From an uncultured Christensenellaceae bacterium (GTDB lineage: Bacteria > Bacillota > Clostridia > Christensenellales > UBA3700), in contig CALWKW010000002.1 of NCBI GenBank assembly GCA_944381365.1, positions 64,318 to 128,317 of the forward strand: a DNA stretch of 64,000 nt, read 5' to 3'. The notes beneath the pieces were generated by a model, which searched no databases, was not told the origin of the DNA, and saw nothing but the letters and a program-made list of their open reading frames with translations. The first letter of the stretch is position 1. The number at the start of each line of letters is the position of its first letter. This document shows, piece by piece, positions 1-9,029 of this stretch. Both the position numbers and the translations under genes were made by a program.

Positions 1-579
1 CTCTACGCCTTTTTTCTCAGTCTTAGCTACTGCTTCGCCTTCATTGGAAACAGAGCTTTCTATCTCAGCGTTTTCTTCCAAGGTATTTGCAAGTTCTGAA
101 TTTTCCTTCTGACCTTTCTTTGACAATACAATGAGATAAACAAAGAAAATGATAAAGAATACCCACATTATTATACCGTCTACCCAATTGAGGCTCTCGC
201 CTATTACTCCCATAAGAAGCAAGGCAACGCTTATGAGCACCACAAAAGGAATCTCTATCCACAAAGTATTTTTTTGTATTGCAAGAGGCGTAAACAATGC
301 ACTTATACCGAGAATAAGGAATATATTCATGATATTGCTACCCAAAATATTTCCTATCGCAAGTCCCGCACTTTGCTGAACCGCCGAAGTAATACTTATT
401 GCAGCTTCTGGTGCACTAGTACCGAATGCTACGATGGTAAGACCTATAACTATCTGCGGTATGCCGAATTTTTTAGCAATCCACGAAGCTCCGTCTACGA
501 ACCAATCTGCACCTTTGATAAGCATTACAAAACCTACAATGATAAGACAAGCTTGAGCTGCTATTGACCAAAAATCCAT
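1..579 (-). CDS. CaCA-family Na+/Ca2+ exchanger (YrbG-like), N-terminal 193 codons; the 3-prime end runs off the window
   Basis: Not in the ORF track because no stop falls inside the window. My translation from ATG (complement of 577-579) reads MDFWSIAAQACLIIVGFVMLIKGADWFVDGASWIAKKFGIPQIVIGLTIVAFGTSAPEAA...GNILGSNIMNIF. This is a close paralog of the 715..1761 product, and the frame stays open to base 1. Confidence 0.8.
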   Translation of the reverse strand, partial: MDFWSIAAQACLIIVGFVMLIKGADWFVDGASWIAKKFGIPQIVIGLTIVAFGTSAPEAAISITSAVQQSAGLAIGNILGSNIMNIFLILGISALFTPLAIQKNTLWIEIPFVVLISVALLLMGVIGESLNWVDGIIMWVFFIIFFVYLIVLSKKGQKENSELANTLEENAEIESSVSNEGEAVAKTEKKGVE

Positions 580-714
580 ATTATTTTACCACTTTCTTTA
601 TAAAATTATAAATTATCCAAGGTACGACCTTGGATAATTATTACCTAGATATTTTAATTTAATCCCCAAAAAATGTCAAATATTTTGTCAGGATATGCTT
701 TTATAATTATACTT

Positions 715-1761
715 TTAGTTCAGAGCAAAATCTTTTGCCACGAGCCAAGCAAAATATATCGCATAAATTACAAGCATTACTACACCGCCTGCTTTTTTGA
801 GTTTTTTGTCTTTTGTCAATATGATGCAAAGGAACAATACTACGGCAGCCAATATAGCGATAATGTTGTCGAGAGTAAAACCTGTCAACCAGTTTGTATC
901 ATAAGCAATCGGAGTGATAAGTGCCGATGTACCCAAAATAAAGAGTATATTGAAAATATTGCTTCCTACGATGTTGCCAATAGCAATATCTGCTTCGCCC
1001 TTTCTTGCTGCCGCTACTGAAGTGACAAGTTCTGGCAAGCTTGTGCCGAATGCCACGATTGTAAGACCGATAAGACTTTCTGACATCCCCACTTCTCTTG
1101 CGATAGTTCTTGCGCCGTTTACTGCCATCTGACTGCCAAGCACTACTATGGATATACCGATGACAAGCTTCAATATCATTTTAAGAGCTTCGACACCTTT
1201 TTTCTGAGTTTTTACGGCTACTTCGCCTTCGATTTGAACTTCAGCTTCCTGAGCACCTTTTGTATTGTCAAGCAGTTCTGGATTTTTGTTTCTTCCTTTG
1301 AGCGAGATGACAATGAGATATACAAAAAACAATATAAACAATACCCAAAGAATAATACCGTCAATCCAACCGAGCTGACCGCCTATAAATCCCATAATCA
1401 TAAGCACCACGCTCACGACTACTACATAAGGGATTTCGTACCAAAGAGTATTTTTCTGAACGGCGAGAGAAGAAAACAACGCACTAATACCGAGAATAAG
1501 GAAAATATTAAGAATATTGCTACCCAAAATATTACCAATCGCAAGTCCTGCACTCTTCTGAACAGCCGAAGTAATACTTACAGCAGCTTCGGGCAAGCTT
1601 GTGCCGAATGCCACGATTGTAAGACCTATAACTATCTGCGGTATGCCGAATTTTTTAGCAATCCACGAAGCTCCGTCTACAAACCAATCTGCACCTTTTA
1701 CCAGCAAAAAGAAGCCTACAACAAGCAAACACAGTTGTGCCGATACGCCCCAAAAATCCAT
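715..1761 (-). CDS. CaCA-family Na+/Ca2+ exchanger (YrbG-like), 348 aa
   Basis: Two internal alpha-repeats (GTSLPEAAVS...GNILGSNILNIF and GTSLPELVTS...GNIVGSNIFNILF) and a multi-TM profile. Confidence 0.9.
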   Translation of the reverse strand: MDFWGVSAQLCLLVVGFFLLVKGADWFVDGASWIAKKFGIPQIVIGLTIVAFGTSLPEAAVSITSAVQKSAGLAIGNILGSNILNIFLILGISALFSSLAVQKNTLWYEIPYVVVVSVVLMIMGFIGGQLGWIDGIILWVLFILFFVYLIVISLKGRNKNPELLDNTKGAQEAEVQIEGEVAVKTQKKGVEALKMILKLVIGISIVVLGSQMAVNGARTIAREVGMSESLIGLTIVAFGTSLPELVTSVAAARKGEADIAIGNIVGSNIFNILFILGTSALITPIAYDTNWLTGFTLDNIIAILAAVVLFLCIILTKDKKLKKAGGVVMLVIYAIYFAWLVAKDFALN

Positions 1762-2054
1762 AAATCCTCCTTATCGCAAACAGTATCATCTGCACATTTA
1801 TTTCTTACACATATTAAGTTATTATGATATGAGAATTTAGTCAACTTTTAATATTTGTCTATACAACAATTAAAATGTAAATTTTGCAAAAATCATGTAG
1901 AAAATACAAGATTTTCATTTAACATATTTATTTTATCTAAAAACTTATAAATTATATCTTCATACATTGATATTTTTTCTGAAATCAAAAAAATGCAACC
2001 GCATATAAAGCGGTTGCATCAAGCGATTATTATATATTTTGGGGGATATTAATA

Positions 2055-2618
2055 TTACTTCTTAAAATACTTGTTGTAAAGTCCGAGGAAACCGCAACCG
2101 TGTCTTGCTTCGTCCTTAGCCATTTCATGAACAGTATCGTGAACATCGTCATATCCGAGTTTCTTTGCGAGCTTAGCAAGTTCAAACTTACCTGCACAAG
2201 CACCGTTTTCTGCTTCCATACGCATCTTTACATTCTTTTCTGTGCTGTCTGTCAATACATCGCCCAAAAGCTCTGCAAACTTGGAAGCATGCTCTGCCTC
2301 TTCAAAAGCATATCTTTTGAAAGCTTCTGCGATATCGGGATAGCCTTCTCTGTCAGCTTGTCTTGACATAGCAAGATACATACCTACTTCAGCACATTCG
2401 CCATTGAAGTTGTCTACCAAACCTTTGATAACTTCTTGATCATAGTTTTTTGCAGAACCAACGATGTGCTCGGTAGCCCAGCTCATTTCGCCAGCCTTAA
2501 CTTCTGTGAATTTCTCCTTGGGTGCCTTGCAAATAGGACATTGCTCGGGAGCACTGTCTCCTTCGTGAACATAACCACATACTGAACATACAAATTTTGC
2601 CATTTTAATTACCTCCAT
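2055..2618 (-). CDS. rbr: reverse rubrerythrin (N-terminal rubredoxin-like CxxC...CxxC followed by a ferritin-like di-iron domain)
   Basis: The N-terminus carries [20 protein letters not shown]. Ferritin-like EExH-type helices follow ([18 protein letters not shown]). Confidence 0.9.
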   Translation of the reverse strand: MEVIKMAKFVCSVCGYVHEGDSAPEQCPICKAPKEKFTEVKAGEMSWATEHIVGSAKNYDQEVIKGLVDNFNGECAEVGMYLAMSRQADREGYPDIAEAFKRYAFEEAEHASKFAELLGDVLTDSTEKNVKMRMEAENGACAGKFELAKLAKKLGYDDVHDTVHEMAKDEARHGCGFLGLYNKYFKK

Positions 2619-2651
2619 TGATTACAATGATTTGATTTTTATTTTATGTTT

Positions 2652-3059
2652 TTACAATTCTTTCAAATTGTCATTACCATTTTGATTGGACTTGCAATTA
2701 TCGCATAGCCCGTAAAAACTCAAACCGAATTTGCTAAATCCTTCCTGCTTGCAATAATCGTCTAAATATTGTTTGAGCTTTTGAGGATAATCCATATCCA
2801 TGACTTCTCCGCACTTAGTGCAGATAATATGACAATGCGTATCCATCTCGACATCATACCTTTCCTTGTTGTCGCAACCTACTACTCTGCCCACCAATCC
2901 TTGCTTTTCATAAAAAGCCAAGTTGCGATATACCGTGGCAAGCGATATGTTTGGGATAGTCTTGCGACATTCCTCATACACCATATCTGCCGAAGGATGG
3001 CATCTCATTTTTTGCATTACCTCAAGCACTGCTTGTCGGCGAGAAGAAAAGTTTGCCAT
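2652..3059 (-). CDS. Fur-family transcriptional regulator, PerR-like
   Basis: Winged-helix SLATVYRNL, HCHIICTKCG and CDNC metal-site cysteines. It sits directly upstream of, and co-oriented with, rubrerythrin. Confidence 0.85.
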   Translation of the reverse strand: MANFSSRRQAVLEVMQKMRCHPSADMVYEECRKTIPNISLATVYRNLAFYEKQGLVGRVVGCDNKERYDVEMDTHCHIICTKCGEVMDMDYPQKLKQYLDDYCKQEGFSKFGLSFYGLCDNCKSNQNGNDNLKEL

Positions 3060-3348
3060 ATATCGATATCATATTATCATAGCTTTAATATATTGTCAAC
3101 TGTTTTGAAAACAAAAATGATAATTATTTTTATTTTTATATCTAAATCAATATTTTTGTGTATATGTGTCGATAATATTGATTATACTATGATAATTTTT
3201 ATATGATTTTAAGACTTTATTATTATTTTTATAATCAATAGATATTATTTGGGATATCTATTTTATTTTCTAAAAAACCCGTAAATCTTGGGTATATTAT
3301 AAAAACTCCCCTATTGATTATCTATATAAAATATGATATACTAAACCT

Positions 3349-3915
3349 ATGGAAAATAAACTTGAAAATATGACTCTACAACAATTATGGAAATTGTTTC
3401 CGATATTTTTGACAAAGCATGACGATAATTGGAAAGATTGGTATATTGAAGAAGAAAAAAAATTAAAAGCTCTTATCCCATCATGCTATATTGTGCGAAT
3501 ATCTCACATAGGAAGCACTGCAATCGACAAAATATGGTCAAAAGCAATTGTCGACATCCTTGTCGAAGTACTGCCCGATTCTTTAGACGAAGTAGCAGAT
3601 ATATTAAAACAAAACAGATACCTTCTTATGTCAAAGACGGATAAAAGATATTCTTTCAACAAGGGCTATACCCCTAAAGGCTTTGCCGAAAAAGTATATC
3701 ATATACATCTAAGAAAGCAAGGCGATAATGATGAGCTTTATTTCAGAGATTATCTTGCCACACACGACAGCGTAGCTTGGGAATATGAAAAACTCAAACT
3801 AAGACTTTGGCGAAAATATCCCTATGACAGAGATGCTTATACCTTGGCAAAAAGTGAATTTGTCAGCAAATATACAAACATAGCAAAACAGCTTTATAAA
3901 GAAAGATATACATAA
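3349..3915 (+). CDS. GrpB-family (UPF0157) nucleotidyltransferase-fold protein
   Basis: HIGSTAI...DILVEV and HIHLR...FRDYL motifs, typical of the GrpB domain. Confidence 0.75.
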   Translation: MENKLENMTLQQLWKLFPIFLTKHDDNWKDWYIEEEKKLKALIPSCYIVRISHIGSTAIDKIWSKAIVDILVEVLPDSLDEVADILKQNRYLLMSKTDKRYSFNKGYTPKGFAEKVYHIHLRKQGDNDELYFRDYLATHDSVAWEYEKLKLRLWRKYPYDRDAYTLAKSEFVSKYTNIAKQLYKERYT

Positions 3916-3998
3916 TAATAAAAGATTAGATAATTTAAAAATGGCTAAAAAAATGCACACCGAAATAAGTGTGCATTTTTTGTTCAATCACAAAACTT

Positions 3999-4286
3999 TT
4001 ATAATAAACTTGTAAAAAGCAATAATATAAGCATAAGTGCAAAATTTAAAATTATATTTGCCAATACTCCTTGTCCAGCTTTTCTTGCATTGTTGGGGCT
4101 TGATTTTCTCCACAAAAAATATAAAATCGCTCCCACCGCAGGTATAAAAAATCCAAGTATGCCCCAGCCTGCACTTCCTGTATCGCCGGCAGAAGCAACT
4201 GTGCGATTATTATACAAACTATTATGATTTGTATTCACATTGTTTGGCATTTCTTTTTTAACAAATTGTGATTCATCGTTTTTCAT
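3999..4286 (-). CDS. small membrane protein, function unknown
   Basis: Two C-terminal hydrophobic helices (GWGILGFFIPAVGAILYFLW, ANIILNFALMLILLLF). I prefer the internal ATG at 4286 (MKNDESQF, purine-rich stretch upstream) over the track's TTG at 4370. Confidence 0.5.
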   Translation of the reverse strand: MKNDESQFVKKEMPNNVNTNHNSLYNNRTVASAGDTGSAGWGILGFFIPAVGAILYFLWRKSSPNNARKAGQGVLANIILNFALMLILLLFTSLL

Positions 4287-4346
4287 AATTTTGTCACCCA
4301 CCTGTATAAAAATAATTAAGTTGGTTATACTTATCGGGTATATTAT

Positions 4347-4365
4347 ACTAGACAATTTGTCTAGT
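4347..4365. promoter_or_regulatory. perfect 19-bp palindrome ACTAGACAA-T-TTGTCTAGT; candidate operator of the adjacent XRE regulator
   Basis: Read directly from the sequence. It lies in the divergent region between the membrane-protein gene and the XRE gene. Confidence 0.5.
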
Positions 4366-4403
4366 GTCAAGACATTTTATCTAGTATGAGATAGGATTTT
4401 TGT

Positions 4404-4610
4404 ATGGATAAGATATTTTGTAAAAACTTAAGAGAAGCTAGAAAAGTTTGCAATCTCACTCAAAAAGAAGTGGCATTAAGACTCGGGGTAGTCGAAAGTT
4501 GTTATGCCAACTGGGAACAAGGTCGCACCGAACCAAGCATTGAAATGCTACGAAAATTGAGTGCGATATTATCTGTCGGTCTTGACGAATTGATAGAAAC
4601 AAACAATTAA
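4404..4610 (+). CDS. XRE-family helix-turn-helix transcriptional regulator, 68 aa
   Basis: LTQKEVALRLGVVESCYANWEQGRTEPSIEMLRKLSAIL is a canonical Cro/C1 HTH. Confidence 0.85.
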   Translation: MDKIFCKNLREARKVCNLTQKEVALRLGVVESCYANWEQGRTEPSIEMLRKLSAILSVGLDELIETNN

Positions 4611-4635
4611 ATTCTTTTATAAAACTCTTTGTCTT

Positions 4636-4670
4636 TAAAAAAGCACACTCAAACGAGTGTGCTTTTTATT
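4636..4670 (+). terminator. Rho-independent terminator
   Basis: GCACACTC-AAAC-GAGTGTGC stem-loop followed by TTTTTATT (coordinates +/-2). Confidence 0.7.
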
Positions 4671-4779
4671 CAGCTGATTGAGTATTTTAATTTTATCAAC
4701 ATAATATTAATCACAATATAGAATATGCCGTCCATATCCAATGCAATAATATTTATATATCGATATTAATTATTTATAA

Positions 4780-6549
4780 TCAAAGTCCTCTTATGGTATA
4801 GCCGTTTTTCTCCAAGACTTTTACTTGATTTATAATCGACTCGATAAATTCTTCGTTGTTTTTTGTCTTTTGCATCATATTGAGAAGCTGGTCGGTAGTC
4901 TCCTGAGGATCTCCTGAAGAAAGCATCTTTCTCAATGCCCATACACCTTCTATCTCCTTTTGAGTCAACAGCAAATCTTCTCTTCTTGTGGACGAACGGT
5001 TGAGGTCGATTGCAGGGAATATTCTTCTCTCGCTGAGTTTTCTGTCAAGAGTGATTTCCATATTTCCCGTACCTTTGAATTCTTCGTAGATTACATCGTC
5101 CATTCTGCTGCCTGTATCAACCAATGCGGTAGCTATAATAGTGAGCGAACCGCCGTTTTCGATATTTCTTGCCGCACCGAAAAATTTCTTGGGACTAGCT
5201 AAGGCACCGGGGTCAATACCGCCTGATAATGTTCTGCCTGTGGGAGGTATTGTGAGATTGTATGCTCTTGCCAATCTTGTGAGCGAATCCATCATAATTA
5301 CTACATCCTGACCGAGTTCGACAAGTCGCTTTGCTCTCTCGATAAGAATCTCAGACGCCTGACAATGATGCTCGGGCATTTCGTCAAAAGTAGAATAAAT
5401 TACTTCGCCCTTTATCGAACGCTTCATGTCCGTGACTTCCTCGGGACGCTCGTCTACGAGAAGCACAAACAATTTTACTTCAGAATGGTTTGTAGTGATA
5501 GAATTTGCTATTTTTTTGAGCAAAGTCGTTTTACCTGCTTTGGGAGGAGAAACTATCATTGCTCTTTGACCTTTGCCGATAGGAGCGATAAGGTCGAGAC
5601 TTCTTATGGCAAAATCGCTTCTCGTGACATTTTTTTCTTGAGTATTGATTTCCAATCTCAATCTTTCCTGAGGGAATACGGGAGTAAGATTGTCAAAATG
5701 AGGTCTTTTTCTGAGTTCGCTATAATCTTTGCCGCTATCTCCCACATAGCCTACGGATTTATATTCTCCCGTACCTGCGATATCTCTGCCCTTCTCGTCT
5801 TTTTGATATACTATTTTGTATTCAATCTCGGGATTTACTCTTTCTATTGCCACAAGAGCGGGAGGCTTGTTGTCGCTGTTGCGTTTTGCCACACCCACGA
5901 CAAAATCGCCGGCTCTAAGTCCTATATTTTTGATAAGTCTTCCTGACACATAGACATCTTTTTCGCTGCACTCACAATTTTCTGCACGCAAAAATCCATA
6001 TCCGTCAAGCATCTCCAAAATACCGCTTCGCATCTCACAATCTTCTTGCTTTAGCATATCCTCTATGCTCATATTGCCTTTTTTCTCATCGGATTGCTTT
6101 TCTTTTTGTTCGTCAATTTTGTTTTCTGCAAAATTATAATGAAGCTGATTTGTTGGATCGTTTACCTCCAGAGGGGGAATAGCCGATTTGGGAGGTCTGC
6201 CCCTTTTGCTTACGGGAGTCACGATATGCTCCTCATTGTTTATCAAATCATAACATTCATTGATTATCTCTTCTTTTTTCTTGGTAGTAGGCGATTTGAT
6301 ACCTATCTCACGAGCAAATTCTCTGAGATTATGTATCGTCATATTGTTGAAATCTTCTTTTGTATATCCCGAAGCCCAATCAGGGAGCTTTCCTCTGTTG
6401 TCTTCTTGTTCATCTCCCATAATTCTTTTGATAAGAGCTTCTTCAGAAAGGTAGCTTGCATTGTCAACACCTTTTTTCTTGGCGATATCTCTCAATTGAA
6501 ATATGGTTTTTGCTTTTAACTCTTCAATAGTATAGTTCTTTTTTGCCAT
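4780..6549 (-). CDS. rho: transcription termination factor Rho with extended N-terminus (589 aa)
   Basis: P-loop PPKAGKTTLLKKIA, the RecA-type core, and C-terminal RKLSERRIFPAIDLNRSSTRREDLL. Confidence 0.95.
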   Translation of the reverse strand: MAKKNYTIEELKAKTIFQLRDIAKKKGVDNASYLSEEALIKRIMGDEQEDNRGKLPDWASGYTKEDFNNMTIHNLREFAREIGIKSPTTKKKEEIINECYDLINNEEHIVTPVSKRGRPPKSAIPPLEVNDPTNQLHYNFAENKIDEQKEKQSDEKKGNMSIEDMLKQEDCEMRSGILEMLDGYGFLRAENCECSEKDVYVSGRLIKNIGLRAGDFVVGVAKRNSDNKPPALVAIERVNPEIEYKIVYQKDEKGRDIAGTGEYKSVGYVGDSGKDYSELRKRPHFDNLTPVFPQERLRLEINTQEKNVTRSDFAIRSLDLIAPIGKGQRAMIVSPPKAGKTTLLKKIANSITTNHSEVKLFVLLVDERPEEVTDMKRSIKGEVIYSTFDEMPEHHCQASEILIERAKRLVELGQDVVIMMDSLTRLARAYNLTIPPTGRTLSGGIDPGALASPKKFFGAARNIENGGSLTIIATALVDTGSRMDDVIYEEFKGTGNMEITLDRKLSERRIFPAIDLNRSSTRREDLLLTQKEIEGVWALRKMLSSGDPQETTDQLLNMMQKTKNNEEFIESIINQVKVLEKNGYTIRGL

Positions 6550-6701
6550 TCGGTAATCTCCTATATAAATAGTCTATGCCCTATAAGGCTATAAATGAAT
6601 AAGTAATGAATTAAAACGAATTTTTCCCTAATGGGTAAATAAAAAATGATTTTCTTAAAGATTTTTGACTGAATAAAAAAATTTATACTCAAAAGCAATT
6701 T

Positions 6702-6724
6702 GCAAGAGGTATTGCTACCTCTTG
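6702..6724 (-). terminator. hairpin downstream of the MBL-fold gene (weak terminator candidate)
   Basis: GCAAGAGGT-ATTGCT-ACCTCTTGC, a 9-bp stem. The T-tract on the minus strand is poor. Confidence 0.35.
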
Positions 6725-6740
6725 CGGATAGCTTTATCAA

Positions 6741-7397
6741 TTAAAAAATGTTATCTTTGAATACGATGACTTTGGTACTGTCTTCTTCGAAGTATTCTCT
6801 GTCAACCTCGAGAGTCTGTCCGTCAATATATACAATCTGGTTCTCATCGAAAAGCTCGAGAAACTCATCGAGTTTTTCTATATCAACCTGACTATTGGGC
6901 GTCTTGAAGTGCATGGGTATTACTATGTCGGGCATAATATAATCCACATACTCTTTTGCTTGTTGGGCATTGATTGTATAATTTCCGCCTACGGGAATCA
7001 TAAGCACATTGACAGAACCTATACCCTCAGCAAGGTGAATTGTACATTCTTCTCCCACATCTCCCATGTGGCAAAGGTCTACGCCGTCCATTCTGAATTT
7101 AAAGATACGGTTTTCGCCTCTTTTCTTGCCGTTTTTGTCGTCATGATAAGACAATATAGAAGAAATGTCTACGCCTTTGACATCCCAAAATCCGCATTCG
7201 CTCAAAACCATAGGGCTTCCCAAAACATTGACGATAGCATTATGGTCTTTGTGCTGATGCGAACATGTGACAACATCGGCATGCGTTTTTTTCATATCGA
7301 GTCCTACAATAGACTTCTCGTAAGGGTCCGTGATAATGGTAGTACCGGTAGATTCGGTCAATTTAAAACACGAGTGCCCCAGCCATTCAATATTCAT
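6741..7397 (-). CDS. MBL-fold metallo-hydrolase (UPF0173-like)
   Basis: MNIEWLGHSCF start and the SHQHKDH (HxHxDH-like) motif. Confidence 0.8.
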   Translation of the reverse strand: MNIEWLGHSCFKLTESTGTTIITDPYEKSIVGLDMKKTHADVVTCSHQHKDHNAIVNVLGSPMVLSECGFWDVKGVDISSILSYHDDKNGKKRGENRIFKFRMDGVDLCHMGDVGEECTIHLAEGIGSVNVLMIPVGGNYTINAQQAKEYVDYIMPDIVIPMHFKTPNSQVDIEKLDEFLELFDENQIVYIDGQTLEVDREYFEEDSTKVIVFKDNIF

Positions 7398-7398
7398 T

Positions 7399-8598
7399 TT
7401 ACTCCTCGCTGATATCCATAGCTAATTGTTGTGGCTTACTAGCATTGAATTTTTCGATAAGTTCGTGAATCTTATCGTGAGGGTCAAGCAACTGACCAAC
7501 GGATTTGTTCTGATCGATAGCTGCGATAATATATGCTACAAACTTGGACATATCTGCCTGAACAAACCATTCTTTTTTAAGAACTTCTTCAGTAGCGTAT
7601 GTAAGGTTTGTGGACAGCACCGCCGTAAACAATCCTTGCTCGTATGCCTTCTGGAACTTTTCAAGTCCTTCGGTAAACAGAGCGTAGGTAGCCGACAAGA
7701 AGATTTTGCCACAGCCTGCTGCTTTGAGCTCGGTACAGAGCTTGAGCATACTGTCACCCGTAGCGATGATATCGTCTGCTACGAAGATATCCTTGCCTCT
7801 TACATCGTTTCCGATATATTCGTGAGCAACGATAGGATTTCTTCCATTGACTACATTTGCATAATCTCTACGCTTGTAGAACATACCGAGGTCGGTACCG
7901 AGCACTGAAGCGTAGTAAATATTTCTGCCCATAGCACCTTCGTCAGGGCTGACAATCATGAAGTTTTCTTTTTTCATGTTGAGCTCAGGGAAAGTACGGA
8001 GCATTGCTTTCAAAATTTGATAAGTAGGCATAAAGTTGTCAAATCCCATTGTAGGAACTGCATTCTGAACTCTGGGATCGTGAGCGTCAAAAGTAACGAC
8101 ATCGTTTACGCCCAAAACTTCGAGCTCATGCAACATTTGTGAGCAGTCGAGGGATTCTCTTGCCGTGCGTCTGTGTTGTCTGCCGCCATAGAGAAGGGGC
8201 ATTACGACAGTAATTTTATTTGCTTTGCCGGCACATGCAGAGATAATTCTCTTGAGGTCAGCATAGTGGTCGTCAGGGGACATACGATTGGGTGTACCGA
8301 ACATATTGTATTTGATAGAATAGTTGCCCACATCGCAGATTATAAACAAATCCTTGCCTCTGATACTGTCGTTGATAAGAGCTTTGCCGTCACCTGTGGT
8401 AAATCTGGGGCAGCTGTTGCTTACCAAAAAAGTTTGTTTTGAAGCTTTTTTGCCATTGGCTTTTGCCTCGCTGTTGTACCAGTTGACAAGATAATAATCA
8501 ACTTTTTTGCCGAGTTCTTCTGCTCCTTTCAAAGCAATAATAGCCATGTTTGAGGAGTCTTTTTCAAAGTTAAATACAGACTCAAAAAACGGTCTCAT
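7399..8598 (-). CDS. ribose-phosphate pyrophosphokinase family protein (long 399-aa form)
   Basis: FDAHDPRVQN plus the PRPP-binding loop FVADDIIATGDSMLK. Confidence 0.8.
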   Translation of the reverse strand: MRPFFESVFNFEKDSSNMAIIALKGAEELGKKVDYYLVNWYNSEAKANGKKASKQTFLVSNSCPRFTTGDGKALINDSIRGKDLFIICDVGNYSIKYNMFGTPNRMSPDDHYADLKRIISACAGKANKITVVMPLLYGGRQHRRTARESLDCSQMLHELEVLGVNDVVTFDAHDPRVQNAVPTMGFDNFMPTYQILKAMLRTFPELNMKKENFMIVSPDEGAMGRNIYYASVLGTDLGMFYKRRDYANVVNGRNPIVAHEYIGNDVRGKDIFVADDIIATGDSMLKLCTELKAAGCGKIFLSATYALFTEGLEKFQKAYEQGLFTAVLSTNLTYATEEVLKKEWFVQADMSKFVAYIIAAIDQNKSVGQLLDPHDKIHELIEKFNASKPQQLAMDISEE

Positions 8599-8954
8599 TG
8601 TAACCTCCGTGTATATGTATTAAATTTTCATTTCCTGAGTAATTATATAAAAAATCAACACAATATTTATTTATTGTATTACGAAAAACATTATTTAACT
8701 GGCAACTGTGTGAATCCATACAGCCTCACTTAAAAATAATAATAACATTCTTATCGAATCTTACACCATTATGATATCATACCCTACAACCAAAATCAAG
8801 CCTTTTAATCTTTTTTTGACACAAAAACTATAATTTTTTGTTATTATTTTATATTAAAAACAGAGTTTTCATAAAACCTATATTATCTCTAAGACATATT
8901 TGATATTATATATATGCTTATTATTCCCTTTTAAGAATTGCAAATTGTACCTAT

Positions 8955-8994
8955 AAAATAAAATACGGCAAGACAAGTCCTGCCGTATTTTTTT
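8955..8994 (-). terminator. Rho-independent terminator after ypeB
   Basis: ATACGGCA...TGCCGTAT stem flanked by A/T runs on both strands (coordinates +/-2). Confidence 0.65.
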
Positions 8995-9029
8995 GCCGTA
9001 TTCGGCTTTTAAGGGATATATAGATTGTG

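Noticed and set aside
149-1840. + strand ORFs (149..379, 274..567, 673..1020, 914..1132, 1234..1827, 1601..1840) over the CaCA genes
   Set aside because: They are antisense to the clearly recognisable exchanger genes. Their mutual similarity merely reflects the paralogy and internal duplication of the real genes.
3060-3348. Search for a PerR/Fur box upstream of the perR-like/rubrerythrin operon
   Set aside because: Only an ATAATTAT core within AAAATGATAATTATTTT (~3113-3130) was found. In DNA this AT-rich, that is not distinguishable from chance without a position weight matrix.
8599-9029. The long 430-nt AT-rich region upstream of the PRPP-synthase family gene, examined for a riboswitch or T-box
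   Set aside because: I could recognise no conserved riboswitch core, specifier/T-box or anti-terminator pair. The only feature is the ypeB terminator hairpin.
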